The notes: generated by a model from the letters alone, not told the origin. A stretch of DNA of 64,000 nt from Octopus vulgaris (GCA_951406725.2 OX597837.1:43028001-43092000), one strand, 5' to 3'. Counted from the first letter of the stretch, positions 40,273 to 53,639 are shown. Numbers and translations are program-made.

Positions 40273-40868
40273 AGCTCGCAAGATGGAGAAGTCCGAAACG
40301 TGGTCCTTTGCTATTTATAAGACCCGCAGAAGAGAAAGCAGGTCAATCCCCGACATCGAGAGCATCGACGGATGGATGAATGCGCATCCGGGCCCAGCGG
40401 TTGCGTAGGAAGTCGGGGACAAGAAACAGGAAGAAAGAGTGAGAGAAAGTTGGGTCGAAAGAGTACAACAGGGGTCGCCACCCACCCCCTGCCGGAGCCT
40501 CGTGGAGCTTTAGGTGTTTTTGCTCAATAAACACACACAACGCCCGTTCTGGGAATCGAAACCGCGATCCTCCGACCGCGAGTCCGCTGCCCTAACCACT
40601 GGGTCGTTGCGCAACCCACTGAAGCTCGTGTGCATAATTGAGTTCGGGAACTCAGTGTTAAAAATAACTACACAAGTATAAATAAAGCAGTGGCGGAAAA
40701 CAGTCATGGAGTACACCTTTAATATAATTGTCTGGAAGCCGAGCGAACTGATGAGCGTAGCAAAAAACAAAACGAAACGAACAATAAGAGAATCTATTTG
40801 CTGCATCCTAATCCCAACTTTTTTATAACTGTAGATGGAATATATTTATTACTTGCACTAGAAGGGAG
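40273..40868 (-). mobile_element. SINE family D plus ~250-bp 5' flank, duplicated at 44839-45451
   Basis: tRNA-like head near 40620 on the minus strand (CCCAGTGGTTAGGGCAGCGGACTCGCGGTCGG..GGTTTCGATTCCC); direct alignment with the second copy. Confidence 0.85.
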
Positions 40869-41124
40869 CTTGTTTAACAATAAAGAACTAATAAGGCTGC
40901 TGTAGTTTGTCTTGATAGAAATAAGCACGGTTATATAGTAAGTTTATTGGTTCAAGAAGACAACGCCAAAAAAAAAGATATATGAGAAGAAAAATTAGTA
41001 AATAATGATAATAAAATCCTTTCGTTTTGGTAGGGAGGGTATAATGAAGTAGGAGAGTACAAACCGGAGACCAATTTGCACTGGGAGACAGGATGAGATA
41101 AACCATTCCCGTGTAGTTACTTCA

Positions 41125-41316
41125 TCTGTCTGTCTGCCTGTTTGTCGGTCTGTCTGTCTGTCTGCCTGCCTGCCTATGTGTCTGTCTGTCAGTTAGTCTG
41201 CCTGTCCGTCTGTCTGTTTGCCTGTCTATCTGAGTATCTCTTTCTCTCTCTCTCTCTCTCTCCCTCTCTCTCTGTCTCTCTCTGTCTCTGTCTGTCTGTC
41301 TGTCTCTGTCTCTGTC

Positions 41317-41409
<93 letters not shown>

Positions 41410-41429
41410 TATCTCCCTCTCGCTTTATT

Positions 41430-41482
<53 letters not shown>

Positions 41483-41523
41483 GGGATCGGCATTCTACGG
41501 ACACATATCGTCAAGGCGGAGGT

Positions 41524-41591
<68 letters not shown>

Positions 41592-41668
41592 TTATAATAA
41601 TAATGATAATAATAATAATGATAATAATAATAATGATAATAATAATAATGATAATAATAATAATGATG

Positions 41669-41704
<36 letters not shown>

Positions 41705-41725
41705 GTGATGATAATAATAATGATG

Positions 41726-41785
<60 letters not shown>
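41125..41785. repeat. (TGTC)n/(TC)n/(TA)n/(TATC)n and long (AAT)n arrays
   Basis: Directly visible. Confidence 0.95.
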
Positions 41786-41787
<2 letters not shown>

Positions 41788-42354
41788 AGGCATTTTAATC
41801 TGTAAATATTGTCAAAACTACTTTTAAATGTACATAATGGCAAACACCTATTACTGTCATAAGATCACACTATGATCTTATCAAATTACTTTTAAAACAA
41901 ATTTTAATTTTCTTATGTTATGACAGACAATCTCTAAAACAATACTTTGCGCAAAACTAAAAATACGGCACCCTAGACTTGGAGTCAATTAGTACAAATA
42001 CAAAGCAAAAGCCAAACATATAATAATTTTAATATTATCGTTATTAATTTAGTTATATTCAATATAATCTTACTGTATCTATGCTTGGAGGGGAAATGAT
42101 TGTTAAGCAAGAAGAACAATATGGAGGTAAGTTACAGAGTGATTTCGCAGTTAAACGGTGGAGGATACCACATTAGTTGTTTCTCTATCGTTTCGGATTG
42201 CTGTTCGGTTTTCATATTTTCAAAATACAGGAGATATATGCGATTGAAATAAGTTGTGGCGTCGATATAATTGATCGCACCCAATTAAATCTTTCAAGTA
42301 GTTGCTACAATATGGCCGCGCTCCAAACATTTCAACCAGTAGAAAAATGAAAGA

Positions 42355-42407
<53 letters not shown>

Positions 42408-42513
42408 TGTATGTATGTATGTATGTATGTATGTATGTATGTATGTATGCATGTATGTATGTATGCATGTACGTATATATATATAAATGTATGTATATAT
42501 ATATAAATGTATG

Positions 42514-42553
<40 letters not shown>

Positions 42554-42582
42554 AAAAAAGGAGATGTCGAACACGAGTGGTG

Positions 42583-42792
42583 ATATATAAAAAAGGAAAT
42601 GAAGAAAATGCTGACAAATAATTGAAGTAATTTAAGTAATTTAATTAGGTGAAAGTTCTTTTTAGGTTGCGCATTTGTTATGCTTATCAAAATATGATAA
42701 GCATAACAAATGTAAAAGAACTTTCACCTAATTAAATTACTTAAATTACTTCAATTATTTGTCAGCATTTTCTTCATTTCCTTTTTATATAT
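42583..42792. repeat. Near-perfect ~100-bp-arm palindrome
   Basis: Arms 42583-42689 and 42695-42792, 5-nt loop, ~8-nt indel near the centre. Confidence 0.9.
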
Positions 42793-42951
42793 ATATATAT
42801 ATATATATATGTACCCGTGTGTGTATCTTTGTACTAGTTTTTATACGCACACACGTATGCATAGGCATGTATACATATGTATATATATATATATATATAT
42901 ATACATATATATGTTTATACAGTCCTCTGTGTGTGTGCATGTGTAAATACA

Positions 42952-42996
<45 letters not shown>

Positions 42997-43033
42997 CATA
43001 GATACGAGTATATACAGAACGAGAAAGCGTTAA

Positions 43034-43076
<43 letters not shown>

Positions 43077-43334
43077 GAGAGAGAGAGGGAGAGAGAAGTG
43101 AGGAGGGAGAGCAAGTGAGAGAAGGTGAAATGGAGAGTGAAACTGATAAAACACTTGGAAGGCAAGAGAACCATCAAAGAGCGAGCGAAACATTTGACCT
43201 GTTTCCTGGGGGCAAAGAAATAAATGAAGAAATCAATGGAAGAATTTAAGACAAGTTTATTGCAAAATCTCCAAGTGGTGTCTTGTCAATAGGGATAATT
43301 CAGGAACAGTGGCCCCGAGGGGTTCTTCATTTTC

Positions 43335-44670
<1,336 letters not shown>

Positions 44671-44838
44671 TTTCAAATTTCTGCCACAAGGAAAGCTTGG
44701 GGGAGGGGATTAAGTCGTTTACATCGACCCCAGTGAGAAACTGGTACTTATTCAACCGACCCCGAAAAGATGAAGGGCAAAGTCGATCTCGGAGGAATTT
44801 GAACTCAGAACGTAGTGAAACCAACAAATGGAAAGACC

Positions 44839-45451
44839 AGCTCGAGAGATGGGAGAAGTCCGAAACGTGATCCTTTGCTATTCGTAAGACTCGCAGAAAA
44901 GAAAGCAGGTCAACCCCCGACACCGCGAGCATCGACGGATGGATGAATGCGCATCCAGGCCCAGTGGTTGCGTAAGAAGTCGGGGACAAGAAACAGGAAG
45001 AAAGAGTGAGAGAAAGTTGGAGCGAAAGGGTACAACAGAGGTCGCCACCCACCCCCTGCCGGAGCCTCGTGGAGCTTTAGGTGTTTTCGCTCAATAAACA
45101 CACACAACGCCCGGTCTGGGAATCGAAACCGCGATCGTTCGACCGCGAGTCCGCTGCCCTAACCACTGGTCCGTTGTGCTTCCACTGAAGCTCGTGTACA
45201 TAATTGTGTGCGGGTTATCAGAAGGTTCGGGAACTCAGTGTTAAAAATAACTACACAAGTATAAATAAAGCAGTGGCGGAAAACAGTCATGGAGTACACC
45301 TTTAATATAATTGTCTGGAAGCCGAGCGAACTGATGAGCGTAGCAAAAAACAAAACGAAACGAACAATAAGAGAATCTATTTACTGCATCCTAGTCCCAA
45401 CTTTTTTATAACTGTAGATGGAATATATTTATTACTTGCACTAGAAGGGAG
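44839..45451 (-). mobile_element. Second copy of SINE family D plus flank
   Basis: Aligns to 40273-40868. Confidence 0.85.
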
Positions 45452-45818
45452 GTGGCTCAACAAGGGTGACCTAGAAAATAATACTGAAAGCCTAATCATC
45501 GCGGCCCAGGACCAGGCATTGAATACCAACTCAATGATAAAAAATATATGCCACACAAGTGCATCGGACCTCTGTAGAATGTGTGGGAAGAGGGTCGAAA
45601 GTGTGACTCACATTGTTAGTGCTTGTGAAAGTCTTGCGCAGAAAGAGTACAAGCGTAGACACAATCAAGCAGACCAAATCCTCCACTGGCTACGATGCCG
45701 TAAGTATGGATAAGAGGTTACGGGTTCTGGTAATGGACGAAAAGGGGAAGGTAAAAATCCCCTGGGACTTTGATTTCTAGACAGAGAAAGCGTTAGATTA
45801 CCGAAGGCCGGATATAGT
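45452..45818 (+). pseudogene. Dong/R4-clade non-LTR retrotransposon fragment (CCHC knuckle and start of RLE domain)
   Basis: WLNKGDLENNTESLIIAAQDQALNT..CRMCGKRVESVTHIVSACESLAQKEYKRRHN, followed by degenerate WDF..RPDIV. Confidence 0.85.
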
Positions 45819-46122
45819 ATTCCGAACAAATGAGATTGAAACTATAGACCACCTAATCTCAGAGTGTAGAGTCTTAGCACCTGTAGAATATAAAGCAAGA
45901 CATTACAGAGTCGGCCATTTTTTACACTGGACAATATGTCGGCATTATAAAATCAAAACCGTTGACAAATGGTATAAACATCATCCTGAAGCTGTGACTG
46001 ACGGAGAAAATGTGTCGATTCTATGGGACTTCCCTGTACATACCGACAAAACTATAAAAGCTAATAAGCCAGATATTGTCATAAAAGATCAGACAAAAAG
46101 GATGTGTTTATTAATTGACATT
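45819..46122 (+). pseudogene. Second, distinct Dong/R4-clade fragment
   Basis: ETIDHLISECRVLAPVEYKARHYRVGHFLHWTICRHYKIKTVDKWYKHHPEAVTDGENVSILWDFPVHTDKTIKANKPDIVIKDQTKRMCLLIDI. Confidence 0.85.
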
Positions 46123-46924
46123 CCGAACAAATTCGGAAACTTGGTGAAGTAGAAAGCCTCAGCAACTCTTTCAGTATAATTACTAAAATGTTATTCCACT
46201 CCTAACCATTTTGAAGATAATGCTTCTTTAACAGTCTTTGTCGAATTCCTTCTATGCTTTTTCATCACTGTGTGTAACAACGCCGCACAACCTTTTTACT
46301 GCATTAGTCAGTATTTACTATACAGCATGTACAGTTAAAAAATATATAGTAATATCAAATTAATTTATATCTTGCTACATATATCCTTCAGCAAATCTTT
46401 TGCTGTTTTCAATATTATTAATTCTATCAGTGTGTATGTGTTTGTGTATTTCTGCGTTTGTTACGTCTATAGTTGTGCCAAGACCCCCTTCGGTCATAAA
46501 TGACCATGGGATTGCACCTAAAAAGTTACCCTCCCAGGCACAAGTCCGGGCAAGGCTGTTTATGGAAGACCAGCAGTTTCCCATGCGTATCAGCCTCCCC
46601 TCTCCATGCCACCAATGTTATCCAAGGGAAAGGCAAAGGGGCAGAGAAAGCTTAGCACCTGTGACGTCGCAACTCGTTCCGGCGGACGCGGGAGAGAAAG
46701 GAAGGAAGAGCGAGAAGAGTGAAGGGTCGTGGAGCCGCAAAGAGTGCAGCACCGTAGGCCGAGCGCCCTGGTTGTCGGGCTGGCGCCGGCTGGATGGCTT
46801 TTGCACGGTCAGCAGCAGCGGCGAGAGCGGCACATTAGCGGGCTGCCGCACTGCTGCTACTGCACTGTTAGAGGGCCGACGAAGTTATAAGTGGATTTGG
46901 TAGACGGAAACTGAAAGAAGCCCG

Positions 46925-46969
<45 letters not shown>

Positions 46970-47051
46970 TTAGTAAATAAATAAATAAGTTAACATAATA
47001 TAATGTCTAAAAGTTGATAAACCACCTATTGATCCCCTCCATTTTCTTATT

Positions 47052-47093
<42 letters not shown>

Positions 47094-47117
47094 TCTCTCT
47101 CTATATATATATATATA

Positions 47118-47757
47118 TAGGCGCAGGAGTGGCTGTGTGGTAAATAGATTGTTTACCAACCACATGGTTCCGGGTTCAGTCCCACTGCGTGGCACCTTGG
47201 GGAAGTGTCTTCTACTATAGCCTCGGGCCGACCAAAGCCTTGTGAGTGGATTTGGTCGACGGAAACTGAAAGAAGCCCGTCGTATATATGTATATATATA
47301 TATATGCGTGTGTGTTTGTGTGTCTGTGTTTGTCCCCCTAGCATTGCTTGACAACCGTTGCTGGTATGTTTATGTCCCCGTCACTCAGCGGTTCGGCAAA
47401 AGAGACCGATAGAATAAGTACTGGGCTTACAAAAGAATAAGTCCCGGGGTCGAGTTGCTCGATTAAAGGCGGTGCTCCAGCATGGCCGCAGTCAAATGAC
47501 TGAAACAAGTAAAAGAGTAAAAGAGAAAAGAGTATATATATATATACATACATGTATATGTTTGTGTGTCTGTGTTTGTTCCACCAACATTGCTTGTGTG
47601 TTTATGTCCCCGTATTCTAGCGGTTCGGCACAAGAGACCGATGGAATAAGTACTAGGCTTACAAAGAATAAGTCCCGGGGTCGATTTTCTCGACTAAAGG
47701 TGGTGCTCCAGCATGACCGCAGTCAAATGACTGAAACAAGTAAAAGAGTAAAAGAGA
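47118..47757 (+). mobile_element. SINE family B full copy plus tandem second 3' half
   Basis: 47118-47532 full copy; 47560-47757 repeats the 3' half. Confidence 0.9.
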
Positions 47758-48021
47758 TATAGTCCTCCTGATACGGGAAAAATCTCCAACTAGGGGCCAA
47801 TGAAGTAACTCTCCCAGATCGAGGATTACCCTGCCCACCAACGGTAAGGGTCCGTCCTCCTCTCCTCCAGTCTACAGGTGCATTCTTAGGTAGAGTAGAT
47901 CCATTCACTCTAATGATTTTGGCTTCAGGTACACATCATTTCACAAATTCACAGCGACGTAACACTTCCTTCTCCACCCTCACTTTCCTTTCCAATAATA
48001 ATAATAATAATAATAACGAGG

Positions 48022-48114
<93 letters not shown>

Positions 48115-48306
48115 TTAATAATGTTAGCCGTTTGTAATTGTCTGGCAAAATATCAGCTAATTTACACCAAAACACAGTCTGTTATCGTTCATTTAAATCG
48201 GACATCTTGTTAATAATAATAACAATAATAATAAAAATAACAATAATAACAATAATAACAATGATGATGATGATGATGATGATGATGATAACGATGGTGA
48301 TGACCA

Positions 48307-48377
<71 letters not shown>

Positions 48378-48442
48378 GAAACAACACCAACAAGAAAATA
48401 TAAGAATAATAGTAATAATAATGATGATGATGGTGGTGGTGG

Positions 48443-48473
<31 letters not shown>

Positions 48474-48529
48474 ATTCCTCGCCAACAGATTATTCCATAG
48501 CAACGGGGTCTCTTGATGTTGAACTCTCT

Positions 48530-49171
48530 AGGGAAAGAGAGAAAGGAAATATGGGAGAGATAGCGAAACTGTGGAAGTAAGAAAAGTGTGGGCGTAAGAG
48601 GTTAGAAAGAGTAGAAGGGAGAGTAAAATGGAGAGGGGAGTAGAGGAAGAGAGGGAGTAGGTAGGAGAGAAAGAGTAAGAGGTAGAGTGGGAGAGTAAGC
48701 GGGAGGGAGAGTGAAAGTAGAAGTTGAAGAGGAGGAGACAGTTGGAGACAGAAAGTAATAAGAAGAGGAAGATGAAGTGTATGAGTGCAAGAGGGAGAGG
48801 AGAGTAAGTAGGAGAGAAAGAGAGTGAGAAGGGAGATTAAGAGGGAGGGAGATTAGGAGAAAGGGAGAGTAAGAGAAAGGGAGAGTAAGTCGGAAAGGGA
48901 ATAAGAGAAAGGAGAATAAGAGGAAGGAGAAGTAAGAGGAAGGAAGAGTAAGAGGAAGGGAGAATAAGACGAAGAGAGAGTAAGAGAGAAAGAGAATAAG
49001 AGAAAGGGAGAATAAGAGGAAGGGAGAGTAAGCGGGAGGGAGAGTAAGAGGAAGGGAGAATTAGAAGCAAGGGGAAGAAAAGGTGAATGAAAAAGAAAGA
49101 CACAGGCAGAAAGGGAGAGGGAAGAAGGGAAGGAATACAAAGAAAAAGATAGAGTAAGAGCCAGAGAGAGA

Positions 49172-49202
<31 letters not shown>

Positions 49203-49320
49203 CGTATGTGTGTATAAGAGGAAGAGAAAATAAAAGATAAGGAAGAACTGAGAGGGAGCTGGCGGTTAAGTTGAAGAGAAGTAGTAATAGGAGGAGGGAG
49301 TCGAGGAAGTGACCGAAAGC
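48530..49320. repeat. Purine-rich tract with degenerate ~16-bp unit AAGAGGAAGGGAGA(A/G)T
   Basis: Strongly A/G-biased top strand; periodicity clearest at 48860-49070. Confidence 0.8.
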
Positions 49321-49514
49321 AAGCAAAAAAAAAATTTTTAAATACATATAAAAAATATAGATATAAAACGTACAAAAAAAACATCAAAAAATAGCGGAAA
49401 TAAAGAAGTGTTTATATAATTAATGTTGTTTTTTTGTTGTTGAAATTAACCGGTTTATAAGAATTAGATCGATAAATGAAATGATAGCGAATAAAAAATA
49501 AAACGAAATGGTCT

Positions 49515-49554
49515 TGATAATAATGATAATAATAATAACAACAACAACAACAAC

Positions 49555-49592
<38 letters not shown>

Positions 49593-49705
49593 TAATAATA
49601 ATAATAATAATAATAATAGCAATAATAATAATAATAATAATGATAATAATAATAATGATAATAATAATAATGATAATAATAATAATAATAACAATAATAA
49701 TAATA

Positions 49706-49744
<39 letters not shown>

Positions 49745-49879
49745 ATAATGATGATAATGATGATAATGATCAAGATAATATTAATAGCATTAATAAAAGT
49801 AATGATATTCGTAGTTGTAATAATGGCGATGATAATACTAATGATAATGCTGCTGCTAATGATGATGATGATGATAATG

Positions 49880-49940
<61 letters not shown>

Positions 49941-49965
49941 CAACGATAAAACGATAATAATAACA
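49515..49965. repeat. (AAT)n/(GAT)n compound array
   Basis: Directly visible. Confidence 0.95.
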
Positions 49966-50624
49966 AGTTTTGTAAAAATAACCTGAAAATTCTTGACATT
50001 GAATTCAATGTCTTTTGTTCCAGTTCTATAAATGGAACCAATATTTCGAGGTGGAAGAGGAATCGATAAAAAAAAAAAATATATATATATATGAATCGGT
50101 ACCACCCACAACAACTGTGCCATTCCTACGGCACCACCACAACCACCACCACCATCACCACCAGCACCACCGCCACCACCACCATGCTGCCACCATCATC
50201 GTCCCCAAATACCGTTCCCGCTTCCCCAAATACCGTTCCTAACAACTAAAACGTCTTCAAAAAACTGCACTCGATTATTTGTCTTGCATTAATTGACCAA
50301 TAATAGAAACGGCTTGAGTTGCTCCGCCACACTACCACCCGCACACAACTACCCACTCAACCACCCACTCAGTCACTCACTTATTCTTCCACTCAACCCT
50401 CCACACTCCCCTCCACTCAACCCTCAACTCCTTTCACCACCATGTTACACGCACGCTTATATAGAGGGCGCAGACGTGACTACGTGGTAAGAAGTTTGCT
50501 TCCCAACAACATGGTTCAAAGATCAGTCTTACTCTTAGCACAAGGGGCAAGAGTTTTCTACTATAGCACCGGGCCGATAACAGCTTTGAGAATGGATTTG
50601 GTAGACGGAATCTGAAAGAACCCC

Positions 50625-50802
50625 CGCGTGTGTACCGTTGGCGATTTTTTCCCCTCTGTCTTCCCTTCTCTGGATCTTTCCTTCTCCTATGTTTCCGACG
50701 AAGAGCTCCACTCGAAACGTTAAATCCTCCCTCTTTCCTTCATTCTTGAGCGTCCAATAATACTATATGTGTTTTTTTTGTGCTTTCATGTTTGGATTAA
50801 CT
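50625..50802 (+). mobile_element. Hammerhead-bearing repeat, family HB (fused to decayed SINE-B head 50465-50625)
   Basis: 50691-50725 reads GUUU-CCGACGA-A-GAGC-ucc-ACUC-GAAACGUU-AAAU. Confidence 0.75.
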
Positions 50803-50825
50803 ATATATATATGCATCCATATACA

Positions 50826-51013
50826 TAGGCAGAATTCACGAAAAAACAAAAGAGGAAGACAGGTGGTGTAGAAAACAAACTGATGTATTAGTATAACGCT
50901 CAGGAATTGAAAAAGTCTTTAACGTTTCGAGCCTAAGCTCTTCCACAGAAAGGAGCACAGAAAGAAACAAGGAGAGTAAAAAAAGTGTGTAGTGGCTAAC
51001 GATCTATCATGGC

Positions 51014-51058
<45 letters not shown>

Positions 51059-51215
51059 TATACATTGGGAGAATTCACGAAAAAACAAAAGACGAAGACA
51101 GGTGGTGTAGAAAACAAAGAGATGTTTTAGTATAACGCTCAGGAATTGAAAAAGTCTTTTACATTTCGAGCCTACGCTCTTCCACAGAAAGGGACATAGA
51201 AACAAGGAGAGAAAA

Positions 51216-51216
<1 letters not shown>
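50826..51216 (-). mobile_element. Two tandem family C hammerhead-bearing repeats separated by (TA)n
   Basis: Motifs at 50917-50952 (CUUU-CUGUGGA-A-GAGC-uuag-GCUC-GAAACGUU-AAAG) and 51156-51191. Confidence 0.8.
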
Positions 51217-51278
<62 letters not shown>

Positions 51279-51344
51279 GTCATCCTATAAATAATGCAGT
51301 TTTTATACATCTTTTATTTTTCAAAAGATAAAGAATGTCCTGCA

Positions 51345-51531
51345 GTTCTATATTTTATAGATGAGGAATTATGTACGTTATTTACATTCGACGGATACTT
51401 CTCCTCATCTTGTTTGTTATTAATACAATGTTTCGGTTGATATACCCTCCAGCCTCCTTCAGGTGTCTTGGGGAAATTTCGAACCTGAGTTCTCATTCCT
51501 GAGCTATTTTTCGATGGTGTTGTTGTTGTTG

Positions 51532-51588
<57 letters not shown>

Positions 51589-51599
51589 TTCTTCTTCTT

Positions 51600-51663
<64 letters not shown>

Positions 51664-51734
51664 TCACTGCTTAGAACCGAAGTCGGAATCTTGGGGTTAG
51701 TAGCCCGCGCTCTTAATCACTACGCCATATGCCC
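51345..51734 (-). mobile_element. Composite SINE: tRNA-like head, (AAT/GAA)n linker, hammerhead-containing tail (family HA)
   Basis: Head 51660-51734 GGGCATATGGCGTAGTGATTAAGAGCGCGGGCTACTAACCCCAAGATTCCGACTTCGGTTC (A box, anticodon-like stem-loop, degenerate B box). Hammerhead remnant at 51422-51467 on the same strand. Confidence 0.65.
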
Positions 51735-51740
51735 TTGGAC

Positions 51741-51803
<63 letters not shown>

Positions 51804-51807
51804 TGAT

Positions 51808-51995
51808 AACACCAGGACTTACAAACACGTATAACTTACAGAAGATAGCACTACTAGGCACTGCACACATCCTACGCAGAACACTTTCAATACACTAACC
51901 ATAAGAGCATCACAACAAATCACAGCACATACCCAAGGCACACAGAGCTGCGCTCGGTAGTGAAGTGAAAGCACGCTATAAAAATAAAACTACTG
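51808..51995 (+). mobile_element. Dong/R4-clade 3' end, 5'-truncated, in (AAT)n
   Basis: Nearly identical to the end of 52071-52917, including the 3' UTR ending AAAACTACTG. Confidence 0.9.
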
Positions 51996-51999
51996 AATG

Positions 52000-52070
<71 letters not shown>

Positions 52071-52075
<5 letters not shown>

Positions 52076-52917
52076 CTGCACTAAACTAAACGCAAAAGAA
52101 ATAGACAAAGAAAAATCCCAGCAATGGTTGAGAAGCTCAGGACTCAAAGCAGAAACAGAGGGATTTTTAATTGCAGCACAAGACCAAAAGCCTCCCCACC
52201 AGAAATTACCAAAAACATGTAATGAAAAGAAATATTACAAGTAACTGCAGAATATGTGGAGATGGACAAGAAACAATAAATCATATTATCTCTAGCTGCC
52301 CAGTCCTGGCTAAGAAGGAATATATTCACAGACATGACAGAGTTGGAACCTACATACATTGGAAGCTATGCCAACATTATGGAATAACAACAGAAAAAAG
52401 ATGGTATAGGCACACACCAGAAAAGGTCACAGAAAACGAGAAAGCAACCATACTCTGGGATATGCCGATACACACAGATAGAGAAATTAAGGCCAACAGA
52501 CCAGATATAGTTGTCAGAGATCATGAAGAAAAAAATGCTTTTTAATTGATGTATCAATACCGGCAGATGACAACGTGTCTCTAAAAGAAATGGAGAAACT
52601 CTCAAAATACAAAGACCTGGAAATAGAGGTAACTAGAATGTGGAATCTGAAAACAGAAACAATTCCTATCATAGTAGGTGCATTAGGCATGATAAAAAAA
52701 TATTCAGACAAATACATAACAAAAACACCAGGACTTACAAACACATATAACATACAGAAAATTGCACTACTAGGCACTGCCCACATCCTACGCAGAACAC
52801 TTTCCATACAATAACCATCAGAGCATCACAACAAATCACAGCACATACCCAAGGCACACAGAGCTGCGCTCGGTAGTGAAGTGAAAGCACGCTATAAAAA
52901 TAAAAATAAAACTACTG
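52071..52917 (+). pseudogene. Dong/R4-clade RLE retrotransposon 3' portion (two frameshifts) with 3' UTR, inserted in (AAT)n
   Basis: WLRSSGLKAETEGFLIAAQDQ / CRICGDGQETINHIISSC (CCHC), RHD, RPDIVV..IDVSIP..KEMEKLSKY (PD-(D/E)xK RLE), PIIVGALG; stop at 52814. Confidence 0.92.
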
Positions 52918-52919
52918 AA

Positions 52920-53331
52920 TAATAATAATAATAATAACAACAACAACAACAACACCATCGAAAAATAGCTCAGGAATGAGAACTCAGGTTCGAAATTTCC
53001 CCAAGACACCTGAAGGAGGCTGGAGAGGGTATATCAACCGAAACATTGTATTAATAACAAACAAGATGAGGAGAAGTATCCGTCGAATGTAAATAACGTA
53101 CATAATTCCTCATCTATAAAATATAGAACTGCAGGACATTCTTTATCTTTTGAAAAATAAAAGATGTATAAAAACTGCATTATTTATAGGATGACCTAAT
53201 ATATATATATATATGTTTTTCTCTCCTTGTTTCTATGTCCCTTTCTGTGGAAGAGCGTAGGCTCGAAATGTAAAAGACTTTTTCAATTCCTGAGCGTTAT
53301 ACTAATACATCTCTTTGTTTTCTACACCACC
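52920..53331 (+). repeat. Inverted duplicate of 51101-51550
   Basis: Near-identical reverse complement spanning the HA tail, intervening DNA, (TA)n and part of a family C copy. Confidence 0.92.
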
Positions 53332-53348
53332 AATAATAATAATAATAA

Positions 53349-53468
53349 TACGCAGAACACTTTCAATACAGTAACCATAAGAGCATCACAACAAATCACA
53401 GCACATACCCAAGGCACACAGAGCTGCGATCGTTAGTGAAGTGAAAGCACGCTATAAAAATAAAACTA

Positions 53469-53471
<3 letters not shown>
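53349..53471 (+). mobile_element. Dong/R4-clade 3' end, short, in (AAT)n
   Basis: Same 3' UTR and 3' terminus as the two upstream copies. Confidence 0.9.
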
Positions 53472-53522
<51 letters not shown>

Positions 53523-53552
53523 TAAAAAAAAAAAATAATGATAATAATAATG

Positions 53553-53622
<70 letters not shown>

Positions 53623-53639
53623 TAATGATAATAATAATG

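Noticed and set aside
40747-40785. CTGATGAG...CGAAAC hammerhead-like boxes (also in the duplicate near 45330)
   Set aside because: Only one stem II pair, no UH cleavage triplet and no stem I complementarity.
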